A stretch of 64,000 nucleotides of DNA, taken from assembly GCA_965227515.1 (NCBI GenBank), contig CBDDFZ010000001.1, forward strand, positions 2,112,001 to 2,176,000. The letters run 5' to 3'. The notes beneath the pieces were generated by a model. The model ran no database searches. It saw nothing but the letters and a program-made list of their open reading frames with translations, and was not told where the DNA came from. Each line of letters begins with the position of its first letter. Position 1 is the stretch's first letter. Shown here one piece after another: positions 50,482 through 60,652 of this stretch. The position numbers and the translations under genes were made by a program. The DNA comes from Alphaproteobacteria bacterium (lineage in GTDB: Bacteria > Pseudomonadota > Alphaproteobacteria > CALKHQ01).

Positions 50482-53400
50482 ATGGGCAGCGTAGTGGACG
50501 CGGTAAACCCGGTGAAGCACGGCACCGGCGGCGCCAACACCATCAAGGGCTATCTGCCGTCGAACTGGCTCTACGGCGAGGGCGGCAACGACAAGCTCTA
50601 TGGCTATGGCGGCTACAACTACCTGAACGGCGGCTCGGGTAGCGATTACCTGTACGCCAACGGCGTCACCAACAAGCTGGTCGGCGGGTCCGGCAACGAC
50701 ACCTTGAAGGCGTACGGCGGCACCAACCACCTCTATGGCGGCAGCGGCACCGACAAGCTCTACGGCTATGGCGCCTGGAACCATCTGGACGGCGACAGCG
50801 GCAACGACAAGCTCTACGGCTACGGCGCCTACAACCAGATGTATGGCGACACCGGCAACGACTACCTCTACGCCTCCGGCGCCACCAACCATATGTACGG
50901 CGGCAGCGGCTACGACACCCTGGTCGGCAACGGCGTGTGGAACAAGCTCGACGGCGGCACCTACGACGACAAGCTCTATGGCAAGGGTGCTACCAACTGG
51001 ATGTATGGCCAGTCGGGCCACGACTACATCGAGGCGATCGGCGCCTGGAACCATGCCGAGGGCGGCACCGGCAACGACACGCTGAAGGGCTATGGCGCCT
51101 ACAACGAGCTTGAGGGCAACGACGGTAACGACACCATCGAGGCGCGCGGCGGCGTCAACAACGCCGAAGGCGGCGCCGGCGACGACACCCTGCTCGGCAT
51201 CGGCGGCGTCAATGTGCTGGAAGGCAATGACGGCAACGACGTCATCGAGGCGCGCGGCGGCTCCAACAATGCGTTCGGCGGGAATGGCGACGACACCATA
51301 CTCGGCATCGGTGGCGTCAATGTGCTGAAAGGCGACGCCGGCAACGACACCATCGAGGCGCGCGGCGGTTCCAACAATGTGTTCGGCGGCAGCGGCGACG
51401 ACGTGATGCGCGGCATCGGTGGCGTGAACGTCATGTTCGGCGGCACCGGCAACGACACCATGGACGCCATCGGCGCCGGCAACGCCATGAGCGGCCAGGA
51501 CGGCGAGGACCGCATGCTGGCCGGCGGGCTGGGCAACTCCCAATGGGGCGGCAACGACGACGATTTCCTGGGGGCGGCGGGCAGCGCCAACCTGCAGTGG
51601 GGCGAGGCCGGCAACGACACGCTGATGGCGCTTGGCGTCAACAACGGCCAGTGGGGTGGCAGCGGCAACGACTTCCTGGGCGCCGGCGGCCAGTTGAACG
51701 TGCAGTTCGGCGAGGATGGCGACGACACCATGCTGTCGGTCGGCAGCCAGAACGTCCAGAACGGCGGCGACGGCGACGACAAGCTGTTCGGTGGCGGCGG
51801 GCTGACCATTCAGCTTGGCGCGGGCGACGACGACCTGCTGGTGGCGGCGGGCGCCGTCAACATACAGCACGGCGGCGACGGCGAGGACATCGCCATCGGC
51901 GGCGGTCTCGGCAACATCCAGATCGGCGCGGACGGCGACGACTGGCTGATCGCGGCCGGGCGCGGCAACATCCAGTTCGGCGACCATTTGCAGTCCGGCA
52001 TCCCGCTCGGCAACGATGAATTCGACGGCCTGGTCGACAAGCTGAACGAGCTGACCGATGCCGAGGGCGGTGGCAACAACGTCATGCTCGCCGGTGGCCA
52101 GGCCAACGTCCAGTTCGGCGGCACCGGCCAGGACATCGCCTTCGGCGCCGGTTTCCAGGGCGGCAACGCGCAGTTCGGTGGCGCCGGCCGCGACTTCCTG
52201 ATCGGCGGCGGCAAGGGCAACTTCCAGTATGGCGACGACGGCAATGACGTGCTGGCCGGCGGCGGCATGGCCAATGTCCAGCTCGGCGGGGCCGACGACG
52301 ACATCCTGCTCGGCGTTGCGCGTTCCAAGGGCTTCGGCGCGCAGTACCAGCATGGCGGCGACGGCGCCGATCTGCTGGTCGGCTTCGCGGCGAAGATCGA
52401 CAGCCAGACCCAGGCCGAGAAGGATGCCCAGGCAGCCCAGGATCTGGCCGACGACCTGCAGTCGATCAAGGACCTGATCGACATCTTCGACGGGTCCAGC
52501 GACGACGATGGCGACGATACCTCGCGCTGGGAGAAGATGAAGGAGTTCACCAAGGACCAGCTCGCCGACACCGTCACAGACCTGAAGGATCAGCTCTCCA
52601 ACATCGACCTCAGCGTCAACGTACAGACCGGCGGCGCCGACAACGACGTGTTCCTGAGCGGCGGCAACCTGAGCATTCAGGCTGGCGGCGAGGGCGAGGA
52701 CATCTTCCTCGGCGGCGGCAACTTCAACCTGTTCTTCGGCGGCGCCAACGACGACCTGATGCTGACCGGCGACACCTCGCTGAACGTCTATCAGGGTGGC
52801 GAGGGCAACGACTGGGTGCTGGACCGCGGCGCGTTCGCGACCCTGGTGGCGCAGTCGATCACGCCGGACAGCGTGCTGCAGACCATCTCCGACACCGTGG
52901 AGACGGTGACGGCCCCCTTGGAGGCGATTGCCGACAAGGTGGCGGCGGTGAACGCGATCATCGACAACCTCGATCCGACCCAGTTGATCGAGAACCTGCT
53001 GCCGGAGATCGACCTCGACCTGCCGAATCTGTTCGACTTCTCGACCAACCAGATGATGGGCGGGGCTGGCAACGACGTGCTGGCGGCCGGCGCTTCCGGC
53101 GGTGACATGGTCGGTGGCATCGGCGACGACACCTACCTCTACACCTTCGGCTTCAAGGGCGACCACGTGGTCGACGAGGCCGGGCTGGACGCCGCGCGCA
53201 ACTGGGCCGAGGCGCTGGATATCGAGGACGATATCCTGGACGACGTCACCACCGGCGGTGGCGGCATCGACACGGTCGAGCTGCGCGGGTTCGGCACGCT
53301 GCTGCCGATCCAGGCCGACAACGTGTCGTTCGCACTCGCCAACGATGGCGCCGACCTCAGCATCGGCTTCCAGGCAGCTGGCGTCGACATGGACTTCGGC

Positions 53401-53739
53401 GAGGTGACCATCCGCAAGATGGGCGAGGCCGACACCCAGGTCGAGCAGCTGCGCCTGGTCAACGCCGACGGCTACACCGACTACGATCTGGTCGGCATCT
53501 GGAACGCGCTACAGGCCGGCGAGACGGTGGACCTGGCGGCGTTCGAGATCGGCTCCGGCGACGTCAGCGCCACCCAGCAGGCGTTCGACGACAATCTGTC
53601 GGACTGGGTCGGCGATCTGGGAGACGTGCTGTCGAACGTGCCGTTCGCCGAAGAGATCGCCGATGCGGCCGGCAGCGTGGTCAACGGCATCACCGACATC
53701 CTGGCCCCGGAGACGCCTGATATGGTGAGCTTCGCATAG
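50482..53739 (+). CDS. RTX-family calcium-binding repeat protein (1085 aa) with 18-residue repeats
   Basis: Dozens of GGxGxDxL repeats alternating with GxxN half-repeats; no N-terminal signal peptide; acidic C-terminal domain (GGIGDDTYLY, DTVEL, VEQL) as in T1SS substrates; GGAAGGA RBS. Confidence 0.9.
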   Translation: MGSVVDAVNPVKHGTGGANTIKGYLPSNWLYGEGGNDKLYGYGGYNYLNGGSGSDYLYANGVTNKLVGGSGNDTLKAYGGTNHLYGGSGTDKLYGYGAWNHLDGDSGNDKLYGYGAYNQMYGDTGNDYLYASGATNHMYGGSGYDTLVGNGVWNKLDGGTYDDKLYGKGATNWMYGQSGHDYIEAIGAWNHAEGGTGNDTLKGYGAYNELEGNDGNDTIEARGGVNNAEGGAGDDTLLGIGGVNVLEGNDGNDVIEARGGSNNAFGGNGDDTILGIGGVNVLKGDAGNDTIEARGGSNNVFGGSGDDVMRGIGGVNVMFGGTGNDTMDAIGAGNAMSGQDGEDRMLAGGLGNSQWGGNDDDFLGAAGSANLQWGEAGNDTLMALGVNNGQWGGSGNDFLGAGGQLNVQFGEDGDDTMLSVGSQNVQNGGDGDDKLFGGGGLTIQLGAGDDDLLVAAGAVNIQHGGDGEDIAIGGGLGNIQIGADGDDWLIAAGRGNIQFGDHLQSGIPLGNDEFDGLVDKLNELTDAEGGGNNVMLAGGQANVQFGGTGQDIAFGAGFQGGNAQFGGAGRDFLIGGGKGNFQYGDDGNDVLAGGGMANVQLGGADDDILLGVARSKGFGAQYQHGGDGADLLVGFAAKIDSQTQAEKDAQAAQDLADDLQSIKDLIDIFDGSSDDDGDDTSRWEKMKEFTKDQLADTVTDLKDQLSNIDLSVNVQTGGADNDVFLSGGNLSIQAGGEGEDIFLGGGNFNLFFGGANDDLMLTGDTSLNVYQGGEGNDWVLDRGAFATLVAQSITPDSVLQTISDTVETVTAPLEAIADKVAAVNAIIDNLDPTQLIENLLPEIDLDLPNLFDFSTNQMMGGAGNDVLAAGASGGDMVGGIGDDTYLYTFGFKGDHVVDEAGLDAARNWAEALDIEDDILDDVTTGGGGIDTVELRGFGTLLPIQADNVSFALANDGADLSIGFQAAGVDMDFGEVTIRKMGEADTQVEQLRLVNADGYTDYDLVGIWNALQAGETVDLAAFEIGSGDVSATQQAFDDNLSDWVGDLGDVLSNVPFAEEIADAAGSVVNGITDILAPETPDMVSFA

Positions 53740-53764
53740 TCACACAAAGCAACACGGGAAGGGC

Positions 53765-53800
53765 AGGGGTGGCGTGCTTCGGCGCGCCACCCTCTTATGT
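53765..53800 (+). terminator. Probable intrinsic terminator of the RTX gene
   Basis: GGGTGGCGTGC-TTCG-GCGCGCCACCC stem-loop followed by TCTTATGTT. Confidence 0.65.
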
Positions 53801-53805
53801 TAGCC

Positions 53806-53982
53806 TGTCGTCCTTGCCCTTGTGGCGAGGACCCATTTTGGTCCAGTGCGTAGTGGTCCAAGTGAGACTTCTGACCATCGTGGCTGTCGCACCATTAGCA
53901 ACATGGCATTGGCAACGAGTAGGTGTTGGGTGGAGTTCGCTCTGCACACGAATGGGCCCTCGCCACAGGGGCGAGGGCGACA
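53806..53982. repeat. Palindromic repeat doublet, family A
   Basis: TGTCGTCCTTGCCCTTGTGGCGAGGACCCATT ... AATGGGCCCTCGCCACAGGGGCGAGGGCGACA. Confidence 0.85.
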
Positions 53983-54049
53983 AGTATTTTTTGTTGGTTG
54001 GGGCCGGTGTCGACCTAGCGATTGACCCCGCGACGCCCCGTCACTCAGC

Positions 54050-54709
54050 ATGACGGCAACTCGATTCGCTAGCGACGTTGCTGTCCCCATGCCCGACCTG
54101 ACCCACGAATACGCCAATGGCGCGCCGGACCTGCGGGTTTGCGGGGTCGACGAGGCGGGGCGCGGCCCGCTGGCAGGCCCGGTGGTGGCCGCCGCGGTGG
54201 CCCTGCATGTCCATGCGGTGCCGGCGGATATCGCTGCCGTGGTGGACGATTCCAAGAAGCTCACCAAGCCGAAGCGCGAACGGCTGTTCGCGGTGCTGTG
54301 CGACCCCGCGACCACCTGGGCCGACGTGGCGGTGTGGTCGGTGGCGCCGGCCGAGATCGATCGCATCAACATTCTGCAGGCGACCATGCTGGCGATGCAA
54401 AGCGCGGTGGAACGGCTCTCGACGCCGCCAGACGTGGCGCTGATCGACGGCAACCGCGCGCCGAAGGTGACGTGCCGGGCGGTACCGTTGGTTGGCGGTG
54501 ACGGCCTCAGCCTCTCGATCGCCTGCGCCTCCATCGTCGCCAAGGTCACCCGCGACCGGACCATGGCCGCACTCGCCGCCGACCATCCGCCCTATGGCTG
54601 GGAGCGCAATGCCGGCTACGGCACGGCGGAGCATCTGGCCGCACTGGCGCGGCATGGCGCCACTGAACACCACCGGCGCAGTTTCAGGCCGGTAGCCTCG
54701 GTTTGTTGA
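54050..54709 (+). CDS. rnhB: Ribonuclease HII
   Basis: GVDEAGRGPLAGPV, DDSKKL, NILQAT, IDGN, HRRSF; start may be 54089. Confidence 0.95.
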   Translation: MTATRFASDVAVPMPDLTHEYANGAPDLRVCGVDEAGRGPLAGPVVAAAVALHVHAVPADIAAVVDDSKKLTKPKRERLFAVLCDPATTWADVAVWSVAPAEIDRINILQATMLAMQSAVERLSTPPDVALIDGNRAPKVTCRAVPLVGGDGLSLSIACASIVAKVTRDRTMAALAADHPPYGWERNAGYGTAEHLAALARHGATEHHRRSFRPVASVC

Positions 54710-54714
54710 CTTTT

Positions 54715-54774
54715 GAGTCACAGACCAGCGACGACTGCCTTGATTCAACTGTCAATTTTGTTGACGCCCGAGTC
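54715..54774 (+). promoter_or_regulatory. Three GANTC sites upstream of ccrM
   Basis: GAGTC 54715, GATTC 54742, GAGTC 54770. Confidence 0.55.
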
Positions 54775-54781
54775 GCGCTGA

Positions 54782-55912
<1,131 letters not shown>

Positions 55913-55930
55913 GTTTCTTCAACAAACCTC

Positions 55931-56020
55931 GTCATGCGCGGACTTGATCCGCGCATCCACGTCTTGTTGGCCGCTCAAGCGGCCATTTTCGTGGATGGTC
56001 GGGTCAAGCCCGACCATGAC
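55931..56020. repeat. Palindromic element, family B
   Basis: GTCATGCGCGGACTTGATCCGCGCATCCAC...GTGGATGGTCGGGTCAAGCCCGACCATGAC. Confidence 0.9.
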
Positions 56021-56082
56021 AAGCTGTTGTGGATGGGCTTTTTGAGTGGTCCCAACGGGCCGTCCGGGTGAGCATAGTAGAA

Positions 56083-56113
56083 CCCGGGTTCCACGTCGTT
56101 CCACCCAGGCTAC
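56083..56113. repeat. Single GTAG-type REP unit (family D)
   Basis: CCCGGGTTCCACGTCGTTCCACCCAGGCTAC, similar to the right arm at 42360-42390. Confidence 0.7.
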
Positions 56114-56157
56114 GGCCTATCGGTTTAGGTCGTAGCGGTTGTCCGGCGCCGCATAAG

Positions 56158-56296
56158 CCCTCACCCTCCCATCCGGCTTCGCCGGCCGGGCCCCTCCCTC
56201 TCCCAGAGGGAGAGGGGCATGCGGCTCGCACCAAACGCCCTCTCCCCTGGCGGGAGAGGGAGGGCCCCAGACCGATAGGTCTGGGAGGGTGAGGGG
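56158..56296. repeat. Palindromic repeat doublet, family C
   Basis: CCCTCACCCTCCC...CCCTCTCCCAGAGGGAGAGGG and its inverted partner. Confidence 0.85.
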
Positions 56297-56319
56297 GAAG
56301 TTCGGTAGATTGGGGCCGT

Positions 56320-56838
56320 TCAGAGCTTCGTCGGGTTCGGCGCGTCGCCGTAGACCTCTTTCGGGTCGAAGGTCTTCTCGTGCTCTTCGAACTGCAGCGT
56401 CACAGCGCCTTCGCCCGAAGCCTCGCCGGTCGGGACCGAGCGGTAGAAGCACGAGCGGTAGCCGACATGGCAGCTCGCATCGCCGGCGACCGAGACCCGC
56501 AGCCAGACGGCATCCTGGTCGTCGTCGATGCGCATTTCCTCGACCTTCTGCGTAAGGCCGCTGGTCGCGCCCTTGTGCCACAGGCACTGGCGGCTGCGGC
56601 TCCAATAGTGGGCCTCGCCGGTCTCGATGGTGCGCCTCAGCGCTTCCTCGTTCATGTAGCCGAGCATCAGCAGCTCGCCGGTGCCGGCGGCAGTGGTCGC
56701 CACCGGGATCAGGCCGTCGGCGTCGAACTTCGGCGCCAGGTCGGTGCCTTCCTCGACCTGCTCGACCGTGCGCCGCTCGGCGAAGGCCGTGCCGGTGCCC
56801 GTGCCGGTGCCAGCGCCGTCTGCCGCGCTACCCGACAT
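56320..56838 (-). CDS. hisI: Phosphoribosyl-AMP cyclohydrolase
   Basis: [32 protein letters not shown]. Confidence 0.92.
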   Translation of the reverse strand: MSGSAADGAGTGTGTGTAFAERRTVEQVEEGTDLAPKFDADGLIPVATTAAGTGELLMLGYMNEEALRRTIETGEAHYWSRSRQCLWHKGATSGLTQKVEEMRIDDDQDAVWLRVSVAGDASCHVGYRSCFYRSVPTGEASGEGAVTLQFEEHEKTFDPKEVYGDAPNPTKL

Positions 56839-57472
56839 TGGCGCGTGCCATCAGCATGAAGCGTTGCTCCAGGCGCGCCTCGTCGCGGAAGCGGCCGGTG
56901 AACTGGGTGGTGATGGTGGCGACGTTGGCCTTGCGGATGCCGCGCGTGGTCATGCACTGGTGCTTGGCCTCGATCAGCACCGCGACGCCGGCCGGCGCCA
57001 GCTCGCGCTCGATCACCTCGGCGATCTGCGCGGTCATGGTCTCCTGGGTCTGCAGGCGCTTGGCGAAGATCTCCACCACCCGCGCCAGCTTGGAGATGCC
57101 GACAACGCGCTTGGTCGGAATGTAGGCCACGTGCGCCACGCCGATGATCGGCACGATGTGGTGCTCGCAATGGGACTCGAAGTCGATGTCGCGCAGCATG
57201 ACGAGGTCGTCATAGCCGTCGACCTCCTCGAACGTGCGGCGCAGCACCTCGGCCGGGTCCTCGTCGTAGCCGACGAAGAATTCCTCATAGGCGCGCACCA
57301 CGCGCTCAGGCGTGTCGAGCAGCCCTTCGCGGTCCGGATCGTCGCCGGCCCACTGGATCAGCGTACGCACCGCGGCCTCGGCGGCCTCGCGGCTTGGCCG
57401 TGGGCCCTTGTCGGCCGTCTGCTTGGCCATGTTGTCGGAGACCTCGTTCAACTCATTCACCAGTGCGTCCAT
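56828..57472 (-). CDS. folE: GTP cyclohydrolase I
   Basis: [35 protein letters not shown]; start 57472 or 57430. Confidence 0.95.
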   Translation of the reverse strand: MDALVNELNEVSDNMAKQTADKGPRPSREAAEAAVRTLIQWAGDDPDREGLLDTPERVVRAYEEFFVGYDEDPAEVLRRTFEEVDGYDDLVMLRDIDFESHCEHHIVPIIGVAHVAYIPTKRVVGISKLARVVEIFAKRLQTQETMTAQIAEVIERELAPAGVAVLIEAKHQCMTTRGIRKANVATITTQFTGRFRDEARLEQRFMLMARANVG

Positions 57473-57667
57473 GAACCCGCGATCCTTATAGCAATCGCCG
57501 GCGGAGAGGATCGCCCAAAACCGGGCCGGATCCCGCGCCACGCCGGATGATTGCCTTTCATATAGGCGCCCGGCCGCGGTTGCCTAGTCTCGGATGGGGG
57601 AGGTGCGACCTCGCGGCGGGTCAGAAGCTAGTGAGCGGCGGCCGTGCCGCCGGCGGTCAAGCAGCCG

Positions 57668-58150
57668 TCAATGAAGGTGCTGCGGCAGCTTCTCGATGGC
57701 GTCGTCGACCAGCTTGTCGCCCGGCGCGCCCTTGAGCTGGGTCGACAGGACGCTGCGGCCGATGGACACCGCAAGGTCGGCGGCGTGGCGGCGCACATCG
57801 GCTTCCGCGTTGGCTTCCGCCTGCGCAATCCTGTCCATCGCCTGCTGCTCCCGGCGCTGCAGCGATTCTTCCAGACGCTTCTTGGCGTCGTTGGCCAGCA
57901 GTTCGGCCTCCTCGCGCGCCTGGGCGATGATCGCCTCGGCCTCGGTGGCCGCGTCCTGGTGCTTGCGCTGGTATTCGGCCAGCGTGCGCTGGGCCTCCTC
58001 GCGCAGGCGGGTGGCTTCGTCCAGCTCGGCCTTGATGGCCGCGGTCTTGTCGTCGATGGTCTTCAGGATGCCGCGCCCGCCCTTCCAGACGATGATCGCG
58101 ACCGTGACGACGAAGGCCAGCGCAACCCAGAATTTTTCGTCTTCGAACAT
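57668..58150 (-). CDS. atpF: F0F1 ATP synthase subunit b
   Basis: FWVALAF TM helix followed by a charged coiled coil; last gene of the F0 operon. Confidence 0.92.
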   Translation of the reverse strand: MFEDEKFWVALAFVVTVAIIVWKGGRGILKTIDDKTAAIKAELDEATRLREEAQRTLAEYQRKHQDAATEAEAIIAQAREEAELLANDAKKRLEESLQRREQQAMDRIAQAEANAEADVRRHAADLAVSIGRSVLSTQLKGAPGDKLVDDAIEKLPQHLH

Positions 58151-58176
58151 GGTTTCCCGCCTCTGGGTTCAGGGCC

Positions 58177-58665
58177 TCAGGCCGGCGCCTGCGCGGACTT
58201 CGCCGCGTCGTCGATCTGCTTCTTGGTCGGCTTCTTGCCGCTGATCTCCTCGACCAGGCTTGCCGCCACTTCGGCCACGGCCTCCTCGACACCGGCAACC
58301 GCCTCGTCGCGCGCCTTGGCGATGCGCTTCTCCGCGTCGCCGATCGACTTGGCCAACTTCTCCGCCTGCTTGCGTTCCTGCTCCGCCGCGTCCGCCGCCG
58401 ACGCCTCGTGGGCCTGGCGTACCGTATCGCGGGCCCGGTCGCGGGCCTCGGTCATGGTGCGCTCATAGTCGGCAAGGATGCCCTCGGCTTCCTGTTGCAG
58501 GGTTTCCGCCCGCTCCAGGTCGCGCGAGATCGCCTGCTGCCGCTTCTCCAGGGTCTCCGCCATCATCGGCAGAACCTTGCGCTTCAGCAGGAAATAGAGC
58601 ACCGCGAACGCGATGATCAGCCAGAGGATCTGGCTCGCGAAGGTGCTGGTATCCAGTTGCGGCAC
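58177..58665 (-). CDS. F0F1 ATP synthase subunit b'
   Basis: MPQLD..TFASQILWL signature of alphaproteobacterial b'. Confidence 0.92.
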   Translation of the reverse strand: MPQLDTSTFASQILWLIIAFAVLYFLLKRKVLPMMAETLEKRQQAISRDLERAETLQQEAEGILADYERTMTEARDRARDTVRQAHEASAADAAEQERKQAEKLAKSIGDAEKRIAKARDEAVAGVEEAVAEVAASLVEEISGKKPTKKQIDDAAKSAQAPA

Positions 58666-58803
58666 GGTGTGCGCCCTTCCTTCAACGACGGGTGCGGCGG
58701 ATCAGGCTGCCGACACCCGCATTCGACTTTCGGGGCCGACCCAAGGCCGGCCGGAACGCGGTCGAACCCGGCGGCACGCCAAACGGGCGCACCGGCGCGG
58801 GGA

Positions 58804-59037
58804 TCAGCCGAACAGGATGATGAAGCTGATGATCAGCGCGAACAGCGCGATCGCCTCGGTGGTCGCAAAGCCGATCCACACGGTGGCGCCGATATCGTCC
58901 TTCGAGGCCGGGTTGCGCGCGATGGCCGACATGTAGGAGGCCCACACGCTGCCGACACCGACGCCGGCGCCGATCATGCCGATGGCCGCCAGGCCGCCGC
59001 CGACCAGCCGCAATGCGTCTACGATATTGCCTTCCAT
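58804..59037 (-). CDS. atpE: F0F1 ATP synthase subunit c
   Basis: GAGVGVG, ARNP loop, conserved Glu in FATTEA. Confidence 0.95.
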   Translation of the reverse strand: MEGNIVDALRLVGGGLAAIGMIGAGVGVGSVWASYMSAIARNPASKDDIGATVWIGFATTEAIALFALIISFIILFG

Positions 59038-59122
59038 GCCTTCAAATCCTTCTCGTTGGCGTGGTTCAAAACAGTGGTTGAAGACCGGCCGCGGCGAACC
59101 CCGCGGCCCGGTGCATTCGAGC

Positions 59123-60022
59123 TCAGTGCATGTGATACGCGTCGTGCAGGTAGATGCACGTCAGGATGGTGAACACATAGGCCTGGATCACCGCGACCAG
59201 GATTTCCAGGATGGTGATCGCCACCAGCAGCCCAAACGGGATGATGCCGGGAACGATGAAGGTCGCGGCACCGATACTGATCACGAAACCGGCGATGATC
59301 TTCAGCAGCACGTGGCCGACGGTCATGTTGGCGAACAGCCGGACCGACAGGCTGATGGGCCGCGACAAATAGGAGATCAGCTCGATGGGGATCAGCACCA
59401 CGGCACTCGCCACCGGCGCGCCGTGCGGGAAGAACATGCGCCCGAAACCGGCGCCATGCCGCACGATACCGATCGCCGTGACCGAGATGAAGATGATCGC
59501 GGCCATCGTGAAGGTCACGATGATGTGGCTGGTGAAGGTGAAACTGTAGGGCAGCAGGCCCAGCAAATTGCCGATCAGCACGAACATGAACAGCGTGAAG
59601 ATGAAGGGGAAGTACTGGCGCCCTTCGTTGCCCACGTTGTCGCGCACCATGTTGGCGATCAGGTTGTAGGTCATCTCCGCGACCATCTGCATGCGGGTCG
59701 GCACCAGCCGTTGACCGCGGGCCGCGAGATAGAGGAAGCCGAAGCTGACGATGACGGTGATCGCCATCAGCAGGGCGGAATTGGTGAAGCTGAGGTTCAG
59801 GCCCTCGACCTTGATCGAGACCAGGTCGTTGATCTCGAACTGCGCCATCGGGCTGTGGTCGTCGACATGGGCTTCGGCGCCATGCACCGCGTCTGCGCCC
59901 GCGACCGCGTCATGGCCGGCGGCATCGCCTTCCGGCGCGGTCTCGCCGCCATGTGCCTCCTCGCCGCCCTCGGGGCCGCCCTCGGGCACTTCGCCTTCGT
60001 GTTCGTCGGTTTGCTCTTCCAT
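59123..60022 (-). CDS. atpB: F0F1 ATP synthase subunit a
   Basis: SFTNS, NLLGLLP, RPISLSVRLFANM..GH, IQAYVF. Confidence 0.96.
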   Translation of the reverse strand: MEEQTDEHEGEVPEGGPEGGEEAHGGETAPEGDAAGHDAVAGADAVHGAEAHVDDHSPMAQFEINDLVSIKVEGLNLSFTNSALLMAITVIVSFGFLYLAARGQRLVPTRMQMVAEMTYNLIANMVRDNVGNEGRQYFPFIFTLFMFVLIGNLLGLLPYSFTFTSHIIVTFTMAAIIFISVTAIGIVRHGAGFGRMFFPHGAPVASAVVLIPIELISYLSRPISLSVRLFANMTVGHVLLKIIAGFVISIGAATFIVPGIIPFGLLVAITILEILVAVIQAYVFTILTCIYLHDAYHMH

Positions 60023-60041
60023 GCCCGATCTTCAGCCCGTG

Positions 60042-60419
60042 TCAGGTGTCAGCAGAGTTGTTCTTGGCAGATTTTCCGTGGGTAGGGGCGGCCGCCGCCT
60101 CGCGCGCGGCAAGGCGCTGCGCGTCAACGGACTTGGCGATGCGATAGACGTTCATGAACGCAGCCCCGGCCCCTAACAGGAAAAAGACAATCAGCATCAA
60201 GGGCGACGTTTCCAGCCAGATGTCCAGGCCGATGCCGATGCCGACACCAACGCCCAGCGCCGCAACCATCTCCACCGCGACCCGGAACCCCACACCCATG
60301 CCGGTGTGCTGGCCCCGTGGCGTGTTGGCTTTGGCTTCGGCCTCCCGGCTCCGCGACTTCGCTTGCTGGATTCGCTGGTCGAGCGAGGCGAGCGTCGTAT
60401 CGTGGCGCTGTTCGGTCAC
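60042..60419 (-). CDS. atpI: ATP synthase protein I (AtpI/AtpZ family)
   Basis: GIGLDIWLETSP..LIVFFLLG.GA...NVYR; first gene of the F0 operon; GTG start inferred. Confidence 0.88.
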   Translation of the reverse strand: MTEQRHDTTLASLDQRIQQAKSRSREAEAKANTPRGQHTGMGVGFRVAVEMVAALGVGVGIGIGLDIWLETSPLMLIVFFLLGAGAAFMNVYRIAKSVDAQRLAAREAAAAPTHGKSAKNNSADT

Positions 60420-60652
60420 CGGCCTTGCCCACCAGCGTGGCGTTGAAACGGTACCCTCAACACTGCCACCGGCCAAAACGCATGCGGAAAGGGCCGAAAG
60501 CGCTCTACCCGGCGGCGCTGCGGACATTACGGATTGCCCCCTGGGGTGTCAAGCCAACGCGCACGCCCGTGCGCGACAATTTTTCACTTCGATTTCAATG
60601 AGATAAGGGTGGGCAGATGGAGTCCCCGCCGGAGTCCCCGCGCAGTGCGCCC

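Noticed and set aside
56785-56825. GTGCCG hexamer repeats at the hisI 5' end as a phase-variable tract
   Set aside because: In-frame Gly-Thr repeat; changes in unit number would not shift the frame
58680-58800. Possible ncRNA or tRNA between atpE and the b' gene
   Set aside because: Only GC-rich hairpins with no tRNA arms; likely mRNA-stabilising structures of the atp operon
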